A stretch of 64,000 bases of DNA from Eledone cirrhosa (Eukaryota): NCBI GenBank assembly GCA_964016885.1, contig OZ024744.1, forward strand, positions 31,000,001 through 31,064,000, read 5' to 3'. Below the pieces are notes generated by a model. The model was not told the DNA's origin. It searched no databases and saw only the letters and a program-made list of their open reading frames with translations. Below are positions 29,442 to 42,794 of this stretch, piece by piece. Each line of letters starts with the position of its first letter. Position 1 is the stretch's first letter. Position numbers and translations under genes: made by a program.

Positions 29442-29595
29442 AAATTTCCCCGAAAAAGAATTTTTTTTTCATGATACAGGGGCCGGCCGAACACGTGGTG
29501 TTGTTTCTTGGACGGCCGGCCCCTGTACAAGAAACAACACCACGTGTTCGGCCGGCCCCTGTATCATGAAAAAAAAATCTTTTTCGGGGAAATTA
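29442..29595. repeat. ~150-bp inverted repeat with nested GC-rich hairpin
   Basis: Arms AATTTCCCCGAAAAAG...GTTTCTTG / CAAGAAAC...TTTTCGGGGAAATT; spacer GACGGCCGGCCCCTGTA duplicates part of the right arm. Confidence 0.9.
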
Positions 29596-29748
29596 TTAAA
29601 TTTTTCCAAATTTTAAAGTTTCTTAGGAACTTTCAATGCTTATTTAGGTTTTGCCGTCATAACTGATAGTCCGCAGTGAAATAACTATAACGGAGTTTTA
29701 AATAAACATGAATTAACTGAATATGGCCACGATCATTTATATATACAA

Positions 29749-30725
29749 CTACAGGCCCGTCCGGCTGGCGTCCGGCTGGCGTCCGGCTGGCGTCCGGCTG
29801 GCGTCCGGCTGGCGTCTGGCTAGGTATACCGGCATTTTATCTTTTCAGGAATCCCCACTCCACTACACTGCAAATATACCACACTCCCTCTCAAGTCAGC
29901 GAGGGTGGGGGTGGGGTGGGTTAACGTGCTCTGACGTTGGTTTTGAATAGTTAAAAATCGGACTCAGTTTTGCAAGGACCTGTATGGCACACTGATGCTG
30001 TAATGCAATGTGGATGCAATCAGCTTGTGAACTCACCTGCTCCAATCTGGCTTGTTCTGTCTGTGTTGCTCTCCTGCCTTCTGCATGGGACCTCAGTTGC
30101 TGAAGGCGAGACTGGCGCTGCTCTTGAGACTGGGCTGATCAAATGGCTCTCGCTTGGGTCCTCATCTGCTGAAGGCGACGTTCATGATCATCTTCAGACT
30201 CTCTTGCTCTAGTAACATTTTTTCTTCTGGAAAATTTGATCTTGCGGCCAGGCTGGGACTTTTTGGGTGGCATATCAGCAGTAACAATGACGATAAGCCG
30301 TCTGTGCTTTCGTGAAATAAATAGGTTTGTTTATATTTTGTTTTTGTGTATGCAAAAATATCTGTACACGAATATATATATTAAAATAACATATTAAAGT
30401 TTAAGCAAAGAATCGCTGCTTTCACCCTTAACGGGATCTTCTGACACTAAAAAATCAATCCGTCATAGCTATGTATCTATCTAAAAAGACAGACTAAGAA
30501 AGAGTGAGGAATGTCGTATAACCGGAAGTGTTGACATTTGAAATTTTAAAGAAGTGAATATTTAAATAATGTCTTTAATCTTTTAACAAAATTCAGTAGA
30601 CAAAAATACCCTCACCTTTTTACTTGGAAAAAGTTACATCTATGGTGCAAATTTGGTGCTGTTTCGTCCAGCCGTTTGGCGAAAAGTTTGTTACATACAT
30701 ACGGCCGTCAGCTTTATATTATAGA
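29749..30725 (-). mobile_element. Internally deleted Helitron with STPR-like N-terminal coding remnant (~30038-30273)
   Basis: 5' end A|TCTATAATATAAAGCTG..AAACGGCTGGACG..AAATTT; remnant MPPKKSQPGRK../..RARESEDDHERRLQQMR..QSQEQRQSRLQQLR ending at a CAG|GTGAGT donor; 3' end GACGGGCCTGTAG|T (non-canonical GTAG). Confidence 0.65.
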
Positions 30726-31079
30726 TACTCCGACTTGCACCATTAATATAGGTTGTTGAGCGATTCTTTACAGCCGAGAGACCATAATGTGGTCCGCACA
30801 TCTCAGTTCGGTTAACCCCTTACTCTAATATATATATATGAAACACAAATTTAGATAATTTTGAAAACCAAAACAATACGTTAGGAAGAACATTAAATTG
30901 CCAAGATAACAAAACAATCTTACCTTAGCAAGTTTAACGATCCCAAGGAGTAACTCTACGAGATATTTAAAATATCGATCGTATTGACTTGTTTGTTTGG
31001 GAGCAGATTTAAGTTAAATGAAATGAAAAGATCTTAAAATTTCGAACGTGCGTATTGTGAGATCTATGATATATGTATG

Positions 31080-31158
<79 letters not shown>

Positions 31159-31394
31159 TTTGTATGTGTGTGCATGAATGTAAGTGTGCTTAGTGAGATG
31201 TTTGTGTGTGTGTGCATGTATATAGTGAAAGAAGTGTGAGGAAAAATATGTGTGCGATATATGTATGTGTGTGTGTGAGTCTAAGTGTGTCTAGTGAAGA
31301 CATAGATTTAATTTGAAAGAAAGAATGAAACTGGCCTTTGGGATGTTGGAATACTGGCTTTTAAATTAACCATTCTGATGTATTTCTTTCCATT

Positions 31395-31780
31395 CAATTA
31401 TTGATCCTAGATTTTAATTGCTTGATTAAGAGGGCTTCCTTAATTCTCAGTGTGCCTCTGCCGTGTTCAGTAGCTAAGATTGTGGTGGTAATGTTGTCCT
31501 GGTTCCCACATTTGATGATGTCTTTCCGGAAGGAAGAGGAGTTGGTGTTAACATGTTCTTTAATACGGAGATGTAACAGTCAAATAGTGCTGCCTATGTA
31601 AAATAGATTGCACTTGTTACATTCTAACCTGGATACTACGTAGGTACGTAGGCAACAATTAGTGTTGCAGATAGAGCAATTGACAAGGGTGCTTCTGTTA
31701 TCATCGTTGGGGGTTGCCTTGTGGAGAGGTATCTTTGCAGGGAAGGTCTAGAGTGAGCTAGTTTGATATTGAGACCCTCT
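31395..31780 (-). mobile_element. PLE GIY-YIG endonuclease remnant (Cys-rich linker type)
   Basis: CTLVNCSICNTNCCLRTYVVSRLECNKCNLFYIGSTI*LLHLRIKEH...LRIKEALLIKQLKSRIN. Confidence 0.8.
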
Positions 31781-31868
31781 CTTATGGTGGCTTTGTGTAT
31801 GGCGTTGGTGGTTTCCTCGCTGAGATGTGGAATCTTGAAGAAGCAACTGTAGTTTGTATTGGATCCTC

Positions 31869-31954
<86 letters not shown>

Positions 31955-31958
<4 letters not shown>

Positions 31959-33192
31959 ATACTCGGGGAGTGTCATGTTGTTGTAATATTGCCAGAATTA
32001 ATAACAGAACACTCACTGTTTGGTTGGTTTTCGCTTCTGTATCTTTTATATCAGTTAATTTATTCGGTCCTCAATGTTTACAATTGACTGACCAACGATA
32101 AAAAATACAGATATTATATAGATATATATATAGTCTAACAAAGTTCTTTCGTTGCACATCTGCAACATCATCAGTGGTACTATTATGTTCCTTCTGTTGT
32201 CTTGTATATCTACGCCATTTTTATTTTATCTGTTTATTTATTTATTTATTTTTGTCTTCTCTGCGCATGCGTTTGCGTGTGTGTTCGTGTTTGGGTGACT
32301 GTGATTTGGTTATTGTATTCTATCTTAGTTTACCAGAGTGTTATATGTGTTTGTTGTTATTGTGCTTGTGTATATATTTATTTATTTATTTATAGTTCTC
32401 TTAGGTCAGTATTGTTTGTTTGGGTGTTGTTGTTATTACATTCATTTTTTCTGTTTAGCGTTGGCCTTCTAAGTTCTATTTCACTGGCCTCTCTGATTTG
32501 CCTATCTGCTGGGTCATTTCTATGTTTAGATATTATTCTAATTTCTATGTTGTCTATGTTACCGTCATGTTGTTGTCTGGCGTGTTCGTATAGTACTGAA
32601 CCGTTTTTTTCCTCCTTTTAGTTCCCTCCAGTGTTGGTCTATCCTTTCAACTATGCTACGAGCTGTCTCACCTATGTATGTTGTTGTCATGTTTCTGCAA
32701 GTACCCTCTGTACATCTTATGCTATAGGCTACATTTCTAGTTTTACAGTTTATCTGGAGGTTTACTTTACATATAACACATTTCCTATTAGTACAGTGGG
32801 TTTTCTTAAAAGGGAATGTTTTGCTAGAAATCTGTTATATGTAAAGTAAAACCCCAGATAAACTGTAAAACTAGAAACGTAGTCTATAGCATAAGATATA
32901 CAGAGGGTACTTGCAGAAACATGACAACAACATACATAGGCGAGACAGCTCGTAGCATAGGAGAAGGGATAGACCAACACTGGGGGGGGGGGGGTAAAAG
33001 GACGAAAAAACGGTTCATTAACTGTGGAGATGTAAAAGATACAGAAGCGAAAACCAACCAAACAGTGAGTGTGTTCTGTTATTAATTCTGGCAATATTAT
33101 TACAACAATACGACCCTCCCCAAGTATAACAATATTTGTTTCGACACACAATTTCATATAAAAAACCTCGCAAAACAAATTCATCGCCGTTA
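31955..33192. mobile_element. PLE family B: minus-strand GIY-YIG 3' end + terminal repeat (HHR 32131-32182), with inverted 5' arm 32835-33192
   Basis: TYIGETARS..IDQHW and VLYEHARQQHDGNIDNIEIRIISKH..RQIREA..LN; arms 32594-32775 and 32835-33017 are reverse complements. Confidence 0.85.
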
Positions 33193-33215
33193 TATATATA
33201 TATAAAAATATATAT

Positions 33216-33248
<33 letters not shown>

Positions 33249-33415
33249 GATAGATATATATATTGATATGCTTTGAGAGGATCATGTTGCCAATAAGAAA
33301 CACACGCACCATTTGCTTTCACTCCAATTTATTATAAATTAAATTTATAAATTTAAGAATTTATAAATTTCCGGTTGGTTGGTTGGTTCCATAACCGGAC
33401 GGTTATTCATATATT

Positions 33416-33458
33416 GTCAAAGTTCTTTCGTCACACATTATGTGACCTCTTCAGTGAC
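33416..33458 (-). ncRNA. Minimal type-I hammerhead ribozyme (family A)
   Basis: GTCA-CTGAAGA-G-GTCACA-TAATG-TGTGAC-GAAA-GAAC-TT-TGAC. Confidence 0.75.
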
Positions 33459-33959
33459 TGGGGATTATTTTCTTTGTTTTGTGCCCCTCCTTTGTTCTGT
33501 CCTACGCCATCTTGTTTTTGTGTGTGTTGTGTGCTTAGCTTGCGCATGTGTTACATCCGGGTGTCTGTGTGTGTTTTTATTTGTTTATTTATTTGTTTAT
33601 TTACATGTTACTTGTTGTTTGTTCTATATTTGTGTGTGTTTTCATTTTGTCCTTAATTGTAAGTTATGATGTTGCTATTCCATTCATGTTTTCTATTTAA
33701 CTTTGGTTGGAGTTCATTTATGTTTATTGCCTCTGTGATTTGTCTAAACATTGCGTCTTTTCTGTGTGTAGATTCTATTTTTATTTCTATGTTCTCTAAT
33801 TTACCCTTATTTACCCTTATTTCGGCATGTTGGTGGAGTATTGATGATTCTTTTTTATCTTGAAGTTCTCGCCAGTGTTCATTTAACCGTTCTCCTATAC
33901 AAACAAGATGGCGTAGGGCAGAACAAAGGAGAGGCACAAAACAAAGAAAAGAATCCCTA

Positions 33960-34002
33960 GTCACTGAAGAGGTCACAGAATGTGTGACGAAAGAACTTTG
34001 AC
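33960..34002 (+). ncRNA. Minimal type-I hammerhead ribozyme (family A)
   Basis: GTCA-CTGAAGA-G-GTCACA-GAATG-TGTGAC-GAAA-GAAC-TT-TGAC; stem I GTCA/TGAC, stem II 6 bp. Confidence 0.8.
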
Positions 34003-34594
34003 AATATATGAACAACCGTCCGGTTATGAAACCAACCAACCAACCGGAAATTTATAAATTCTTAAATTTATAAATTTAATTTATAATAAATTGGAGTGAA
34101 AGCATTTGGGCGTGTGTTTCTTATTGGCAACATGACCCTCCCAAAGCATAATAATATCGGTTTCAACACACGTTTTCAGATAAAGAATCTTATTAAACAA
34201 ATTCAGAAACGAAATATATATATATATATATATATATACGGGATAACAGGTTATCGTTATAGACAGTCCACTTAGATGTAGTCCAGTTGGAGTAGTTCGT
34301 TAGTGGATAGTATTAATGTGTAGCTTAGTTTGACTCAACGAGACGTTTCCATAGTGATGCTGCGAGTTCACAGTGATTTCTATGTAGTTTATACTTGGAG
34401 TAATAATAATTCAAGAAAGAAGAGTGACATGATTCGCTATACAATATATATATATATATATATATATATAGTAATATTTATATTTATATATGTTTGATAT
34501 AACTATAAATATGTAGGGTAGTACTAAGTACTAGCCGGTTAGCGGTATGAGAAAAGGCTCAATGCAAATTTTCAAGTGTTTCACAGAGCCGAGA

Positions 34595-35139
34595 TACATA
34601 GTGTTAAAACGATCTCATTTTAGTTTAGAACATTTATTAGCTGACAATTGTTTCTTCCAGAGGGAAGGCTGAAATCATCGGAGCATAAGGAATGTCGAAA
34701 ACGTGTAACTAGAATCCTAGTCATTTAGAACATTTAGGGTACATAGTTGTTATTAGTGTCAAAGGCATCATGTGGAGATTCAGGAGTTAAAAAGATGTTA
34801 AAAAGATGTTACAGGCAGCACTGGTTGGAAGTGTAATAGGTATAAGTAAAAACAAAAATCACAAGCAAAAAAATGACACGCAAAAAACACAGGGAATGAA
34901 GTTATAAGCAAGGACAATTGGTGTACAATGCAGGAGTCAATACAGTCAATAATGCACTAATAATGCACAATAATGCACTAATAACAACTATGTACCCTAA
35001 ATGTTCTAAATGACTAGGATTCTAGTTACACGTTTTCGACATTCCTTATGCTCCGATGATTCCAGACTTCCCTCTGAAAGAAACAATTGTCAGCTAATAA
35101 ATCTTCTAAACTAAAATTTGGTCGTTTTAACACTTTGTA
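34595..35139. mobile_element. Inverted repeat (~164-bp arms 34595-34758 / 34976-35139), each arm with an HHR (34640-34684 minus; 35050-35094 plus)
   Basis: GCT-CCGATGA-TTCCAGA-CTTCCC-TCTGAAA-GAAA-CAATTG-TC-AGC; palindromic stem III. Confidence 0.8.
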
Positions 35140-35160
35140 TATATATATATATATATATAT

Positions 35161-35457
35161 ATAGTATTAGTTATACTATTTATGGTTATGTAAATACAAA
35201 ACCTTATGCAGTTATAAGTATTTTACACACACCTTAAATAGTGGTAGGCAGTAATGTATTACTACCTTATTACCAGTAAGTTAAGTAGCTCAATGTAAAA
35301 ATATCAGATGATTTACAGAGCAGTTATATGAAATATAAGAATCAAAGAACTGTTCAAAACATTATTGTGCTTACAGCTGTTTCCTCCAAACCGAGGTTTG
35401 GATTCTTCGGAGCAATTTATTAATGCATGGACAGTTATATGACCTCCTTTTCAACCG
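35161..35457. mobile_element. Family D copy with HHR segment inverted (HHR 35368-35414, minus)
   Basis: GCT-CCGAAGA-A-TCCAAACC-TC-GGTTTGGA-G-GAAA-CAGCTG-TA-AGC; 35161-35277 is collinear with 12718-12830 while ~35330-35457 is the reverse complement of ~12827-12955. Confidence 0.7.
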
Positions 35458-35615
35458 AGAGACATACCGATACATATTCAAACATTGATACATATTCAAA
35501 CATTGATACATATTCAAACATTGTGGGTCAACATTCATTACAGAATTTAGAGTGGCAGTACACACTTCGAGATTACATTTATATTAAGAGGTACAATCAA
35601 AAATCAAAAATACAT

Positions 35616-35653
<38 letters not shown>

Positions 35654-35874
35654 AGTATGTATGTATGTATACGTACATACATATATGTATACAGACGTAC
35701 AATAGTATGTATATATATACATACATGCACACATATATATATGCACGTATCTGTTTACCGAACATTTATTATAATGTTCGGTTTGTTTGTAAACAAACAA
35801 ACAGCCCGAATTATAGTAATTTAAGTAACTGCCGTACTAAGAGTGAGAAATGAAATTTTGTTTCATTCTATTCC

Positions 35875-35975
<101 letters not shown>

Positions 35976-36985
35976 GGAAAAGTTTCAAGACGCCGACGGT
36001 AGAGCTCATGTCGTTTGAACGGCTATTTCTGGACACATTTTCCTATTACCCACTCTACTACCCTAAGTATTGTGTACTCTGGTGCGTTATGGCCTTTCTG
36101 GTTCCTTACCACACTTCCTTCGTTATATATATATAAGATTTTTAAATATATGATTTCTTTTAACACTCTGTCACGTTTGTGTATATATGTGTGTGTGTGC
36201 ATATATATAAATATAATTATTTCTACTTTTGGCACAAGGCCACCAATTATCTCAGTGTATTACTGGTACTTTATTTTATCGACCCCGTAAGGATGAAAGG
36301 CAAAGTTAACCTCGGTGGGATTTATATAAATATAATGACAGTATGGAACGCACTTCTAAGTATACTTCAGACAACGGAAATATCGCACATAGTGAACAGA
36401 GACGAAAACACGCGCGATAGACTGACTGTACGTAGTGGCTTGTATGGATGAACATTTCGAAGCCCTAAGTGTTATGGATTCGACACTTTTTATGGTAAAA
36501 CATTCTCTTATTAGAGTTTGTCCAGTTGTTTTATAGTTATTAAAGGTTGGTCTAAATATGGATATGGGCTGCTATTTCTAGCGGGCTTTTGATCCATTCA
36601 AGCCCTATGTATGTATACATATATAAATATAAACGCAGACAACAATTACAAAAATACAAACTCACAGACATACATTCATACAAATACAGACATACATTCA
36701 CAAAAACACACACATGCATTTACACAAAGACACATACACATACATTTATACAAACACACACCCATGTATTCTCACAAACACACAAACTCATACGTTCACG
36801 CAAACACACACATTCATATACACAGCGTAGCAAATATACACACACATACATTCACACAAAAACACACACACATTGTATGACGGACGGACGGAAGTCGCTT
36901 AAATTTATATATATGTTGTAAAAAATGTTTCCATAGTAACACTTGCATTACTGAGTGATGGTGGACGATTGATATTGTATGAGGG

Positions 36986-37071
<86 letters not shown>

Positions 37072-37313
37072 GAGGTGGGGAGAGAGAAGGGAGGTGGGGA
37101 GAGAGAGAGGGACAGAAACAATAGATAGATAGAGATAGAGAAAGAAAGTGTGAGGAAAAAGAAAAAGACAGAGAGAGAAGAGGTAGACAAAGGTTGTATA
37201 TATGTATGTATATATATATATATATACACAGTATATTTATGCATGTATACATATACATATACGCACAACTACAAACACACACACTCATACACACACACAC
37301 ATATATGTGTGTG

Positions 37314-37346
<33 letters not shown>

Positions 37347-37740
37347 ATAAAGAAAAAGAGGGTTGGATGATGAGAGATTTACCGGGAAACATGTAATATA
37401 TATATATATTTATTTATATATATATATATATGCACACACACACACACATTTCGGCCCACGAAATAACGAAAAACAACCTCCGAGATGTGAGGCAAGTGCT
37501 CAATGATTCAGATGAACCAGAGCTATAACGAACGTTAAAGGCCAAACACACTGAGACGATGGTTAAACAATCATTCGCATAGGCAAAAAAACGTCAATAC
37601 TCATCTTTTTTCCATTTCTCGGAGGGTTCTAACCCCACTATCAGGCTAAATAATTTCTTTACTTTCTTTAGTCAAAATACGGCGATAGCTTACATTTATA
37701 ATTTCAAACTCGCTCACTGTTTCGAAAACATTCTTACTTG

Positions 37741-37861
<121 letters not shown>

Positions 37862-38069
37862 ATGGAGGGGGAGAGTGAGAGAGTGTTAAAAGTTATGGTG
37901 CAATGTTGTAATAAATAGGTAATTGATAGGTGATTAATATGTGCAAGTTATGGTAACTAAGAATTCTAGCCGTGTGTGATGTGGCACTACATTTGGCATG
38001 CTATGTATTTTAATAATAAACTTACTACATATGCACATTTGGACATATACATATTCATTTATAATAACT

Positions 38070-38163
<94 letters not shown>

Positions 38164-38213
38164 GATATGTATACATATATATATGTATATATATATATAA
38201 TATATATATATTT

Positions 38214-38250
<37 letters not shown>

Positions 38251-38539
38251 AATATATATATGTGTGTGTGTGTGCGTGTGTGCGTGTGGGGGTGTGTATA
38301 TATATATTTGTATGTATATATGTATATATATATTTACGATTATATATATATGCATACAAATATATATATGTGTGTATATATATATATAAATACATATATA
38401 AATGCGTATAGACAGACACACCCACATAAATGTACGCATGCATACATATATATGGTATGTATGTATGTATGTATGTATGTATGTATGTATGTATGTATGT
38501 TCTTCTGGTTTTATAATTTTATAAATTTCTACCAGTAGC

Positions 38540-40530
38540 GAGAAAGTCGGTTTCTAACATAGACACAAGACTCTCTCATTGGAACTTACTTAACATCAAC
38601 TAGGTAGATTATGTCTGCATGTCTGCATGCATGCATGTGTAGAGATGGATGTTATTGTATGTGTGGATGTGTATGTTTTGAGTTGTGTGTGTGCATGTGT
38701 ATATGCTTTGCATCTGTACAACTGTTCACGCAGTTATTAGATGCAGAATTTTTGGAATGTTTTACATATTTTTACTGTTCCATTAATGGATTGTACTTGT
38801 AATTTCCTAACTAGTTGTGTTCTTTCTGTTCCTGTGAAGCCTAGCTTCTCAAGATTTGTATCGAGGCAGTTATTAACATAACCCAGTGCCCCAATAATCA
38901 TAGGCATAAATCTGAAGGTGTAATCAGGGTGGAGTATCTGCAGATTTCTCATCAGTTCTTCATAAATAATCTCCTTTTCGCTAATCTTTGATATTATATT
39001 GGCATCTGTTGGGCAGCTAACTTCCACTACTGTGCATGCCTTCTTCTCCCTGTCCCATATCATAATATCTGGTCTGTTATGCCTGCATTTTATTGGGGAT
39101 TTTACTGGAATATTCCACCAGTACTTTTTCATATTATGTACATGGATGTCTTCCACATTGCTGTAGCTTTTAATGTGTTTATTATCGGGGCTATCTTTTC
39201 TACGGATTGCATTGAACAGTGTTTTGGCCACTACATCATGCCTCATAGGTAGATAGTACTGCGATGACATCTTTGGACAGCTGCTGATGACATGTGTGAC
39301 ATCTTCGATGTTAATTCTGCAGAGTCTGCATTTGTTGGTCCAAGATAGACTATTTTGTTTATCTATATTACTCTCACTCTGGAGCTCCCTTGTAACATAT
39401 CTATAGCCACTAAAGCTATTGTTGGTCCAAGATATACTATTTTGTTTATCTATATTACTCTGGAGCTACCTGGCAACATATCTATACATGATTTTTTGCT
39501 GATAAGCATGAAGTTTTTCATCCATGAATTCACTGCTTGACAATTTCCCTGGTTCTGAGTTTTTGATTATCATGCAGAGAGTATCTTTCAAGAAGTACCT
39601 TCCCAACTGTTTTATGCAGATAGACTTGCTCAATAGATAGGCCCCCTATGCTTGGAGGTTCGTAGATGTTGTCGGAGGGTTTATGATGCGACATTCAAAT
39701 GCTGTCTGGACTGATGTTAGGCCTCTGCCTCCCTGCTTATGTTTCAAGTAGAGGCGGTCTATATCACTGTTGAAGTAGAAGTTTCCGGTGTTGTTTAGTA
39801 GTTTTCGAGTTCTAACATCAACTGCTCGGATTTCATCTATCGCCCAATTGAGTATTCCAACACGTTGGTGTTAGGACAGGCACAGCAAACATTGTGAGCC
39901 ACTGTTTTATTGTGTGCAGAGAGTTCCGATGACCATATTTTTCTTATTCGGGTGTAATATTCCCTGGTTACGCGTTCCTTATTACAAATACCATTATAGG
40001 ATATATTCTCATCTATTCCCATGTATCTGTAACAGTCAAATATAGGTGAAACAGTTAGGCCATTGATACAAATGTTGTTAGATTGGGTTGTTGTTTTTCC
40101 TCGCCTTACAGTCATATATGAACATTTATCTTGGTCAAACTCCATTCCTATATCATTTGAGAACGTTGTAAGTAGGTCAAGATTCTTCTGCATCTCATTT
40201 ATGTTCTTGGCATAGAGTTTTAGGTGATCCACAAGGGAATTATAGGTTAAATTCATATTTCTGTCCTCATGTGAGCCAATGATGTATCTTTCACATTCGC
40301 TGAGCAGGATTATTTTTATTTAATTACCTGGTATCGACGTTCCTCGCTGACAGCTCTCAATTCTTGTTTGAGGGTGATCAGCTTATCTTGAAGAGTTCTG
40401 GTTCTACTGTTACCAAACATCGTTTCTATTTTATTTTTCACTCTTTGTTGGTGAGGGGTGAAGTTTTTTTGGTTTTTGTTTGCATGCAAGGAGCATTGTG
40501 ACATATCCTATAGTTTGTCGTAGGTCAGCA
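38540..40530 (-). mobile_element. Degenerate R4/Dong-like non-LTR retrotransposon (RT remnant, CCHC knuckle, RLE endonuclease)
   Basis: LVDHLKLY (RT, DD decayed), CRLCRINIEDVTHVISSC..RHDVVAK..HNRPDIMIWD..VVEVSCP.D..EK..Y..IIGALG; a second 3' fragment at 40740-40972. Confidence 0.85.
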
Positions 40531-40739
40531 CTCTTTTTTTATATTTTAGTTGTATATGATGTTATTTTTAGTGGTGTTTTGTTCTTGTTAATATCTCTGC
40601 TATCACCAAGATAATGACTCACAGTTGTTGCTAGGACATATAAACGCCTTGATTTCCCAAAATTGGTCGTAAATGTGTATGTATATATGTATGTATTATT
40701 GTGTATATGTATAATTTCACAAATGTTGGCCAATAGAGA

Positions 40740-40972
40740 GAGAGAGTCGGTTTCTAACATAGATACAAGACTCTCTCATTGGAATATACACAACATCAAC
40801 TTGGTTGATATGTATGCATGTCTGCATGCATGCATGTGTGTGCAGGTATGGATATTATTGTATGTGTGGATGTGTATGTTTTGAGTTGTATGTGTGCATG
40901 TGTATATGCTTTGTATCTGTACAATTGTATATGCAGTTATTAGATATAGAATTTTTAGAATGTTTTACATAT
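40740..40972 (-). mobile_element. Second short 3' fragment of the R4/Dong-like family
   Basis: Direct repeat of 38540-38768. Confidence 0.8.
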
Positions 40973-41142
40973 GTTTGTATGTATGTATGTGTGTATGTAT
41001 GTATTATGTATGTAAGTATGTGTGTGTGTATGCATGCATGTATGTATGCATGTATGAATTTAAACGTGTATGTATGTATGTATGTATGTATGAATGTATG
41101 TATGTATGTATGTATGTATGTATGTATATATGTACGTCACCA

Positions 41143-41720
41143 GTTGGTGCTATTGGTAACATGTATCCCAGTACAACCTGTCTCATGGTCGGCTCGTTGG
41201 CGACTAAACTGGCAACCCAACCAAGGTTTCTTGGTGGGGAGGGTGGCTTTGGACATCCTGCAGGACTAAAAACAAAACCTGTCAAAAGGCAAAGGGGCTC
41301 TTAAGAGTCAATAGCCATCCAAAATCACCGGGAGAGATGACCCCTTAGCCTTTGTCAAGGCAGAATTCTAGGAGAAGGAAAACTCTGATATAACACCTGC
41401 AACCCTGATGGTATCCAATGATGTTGACTTGTTCTTCTTTTTGGTAAATATCATCTTGGTTAAGAGAGTGGGATTGGCTTTGTGCAGTGCCTTTGCTCAC
41501 TATAAAAGCTTCACAGCACAGGCATTGCTTTATATCTGGAGATCTCTCTGCACTTGTCGTCACATGGTACCATGGGCCCAGCACTATGTGTCAATAATTG
41601 TCACAAGTGTAGTGTTTGTACTAGAGTTTTCAAGTCGCTGGCTGGACTAAAAAGTCACACTCGTTCAGCGCATTGGTAGGGGTTCTCCTACATGGATATA
41701 AAGTAGTGGCAGTACTCGAA
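41143..41720 (+). mobile_element. Non-autonomous retroposon family F, copy 1 (RTE-like tail GCAGCCACCAT)
   Basis: Nearly identical to 42197-42794; non-coding; 3' stem-loop CTCG-AAAA-CGAG. Confidence 0.75.
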
Positions 41721-41729
41721 AACGAGTTG

Positions 41730-42098
41730 GCAGCCACCATATATGTACGTATGTTCTGAACTGCCTGCAGTTGAGCATCATCTGGTTTGCCAGCACTGTG
41801 GTCGAGTCTGCCGGAGCAAAGCTGGTTTGATTAGACACGAACAAAGTCATATCAGTAGACCTCCTGTAGATTGTGATCTGAAAAGGTGTAAGGAATGTGG
41901 CAAGGAATGTGCTAGCATGGAATGTCTTAAAAGACAGATAAGATAGGCAGAACCAAGCAGTAAAAATCCAGGAGGAGCCTACAGTTGCCATATATGTGCC
42001 AGAGGGTGCAAATCTTTGGCTGGTTTAAACTCCGCATTCGTGCCTCACATTTTTTAGCACTTTATCGGGCAATGTTCGAACGCGAGTTTACAGCCATC

Positions 42099-42100
<2 letters not shown>
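41730..42100 (+). mobile_element. 3' end of an RTE-like LINE carrying three tandem C2H2-type fingers
   Basis: LVCQHCGRVCRSKAGLIRHEQSH..CKECGKECAS..YSCHICARGCKSLAGLNS, followed by tail ACAGCCATCAT+(ATGT)n resembling the neighbouring retroposon tails. Confidence 0.6.
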
Positions 42101-42131
<31 letters not shown>

Positions 42132-42196
42132 TGTATGTATGTATGTATGTATGTATGTATGTATGTATGTATGTATGTATGTATGTATGTATGTAT

Positions 42197-42794
42197 GTTG
42201 GTGCTACTGGTAACATGTATCCCAGTACAACCTGTCTCATGGTCGGGTCGTTGGCGACTAAACTGGCAACCCCACCAAGGTTTCTTGGTGAGGAGGGTGA
42301 CTTTGGACATCCTGCAGGACTAAAAACAAAACCTGTCAAAGGGCAAAGGACCTCTTAAGAGTCAATGTCCATCCAAAATCACCGGGAGAGATGACCCCTT
42401 AGCCTTTGTCAAGGCAGAATTCTAGGAGAAGGAAAACTCTGATATAACACCTGCAACCCTGATGGTATCCAATGATGTTGACTTGTTCTTCTTTTTGGTA
42501 AATATCATCTTAGTTAAGAGAGTGGGACTGGCTTTGTGCAGTGCCTTTGCTCACTATAAAAGCTTCACGGCACAGGCATTGCTTTATATCTGGAGATCTC
42601 TCTGCACTTGTCGTCACATGGTACCATGGGCCCAGCACTATGTGTCAATAATTGTCACAGGTGTAGTGTTTGTACCAGAGTTTTCAAGTCGCTGGCTGGA
42701 CTAAAAAGTCACACTCGTTCAGCGCATTGGTAGGGGTTCTCCTACATGGATATAAAGCAGTGGCCGTACTCGAAAACGAGTTGGCAGCCACCAT
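42197..42794 (+). mobile_element. Non-autonomous retroposon family F, copy 2
   Basis: Direct repeat of 41143-41720; flanked by (ATGT)n on both sides. Confidence 0.75.

Larger units (their letters stand above)
33262..34215. mobile_element. PLE family A: minus-strand GIY-YIG 3' end + terminal repeat, with inverted terminal repeat 33903-34215
   Basis: ORF 33653-34039 IGERLNEHWREL..SILHQHA..RQITEAINI..PKLNRKHEW; arms 33262-33515 and 33903-34150 are reverse complements. Confidence 0.85.

Noticed and set aside
29682-29694. TAACTATAACGG resembling LSU rRNA
   Set aside because: Only a ~12-bp match, with no flanking rRNA similarity.
31575-31590. In-frame TGA in GIY-YIG as possible selenocysteine (Naiad-like PLE)
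   Set aside because: The TGA is at the conserved Arg after YIG(S/E)T, best explained by CGA>TGA, not at a Cys position; no SECIS seen.
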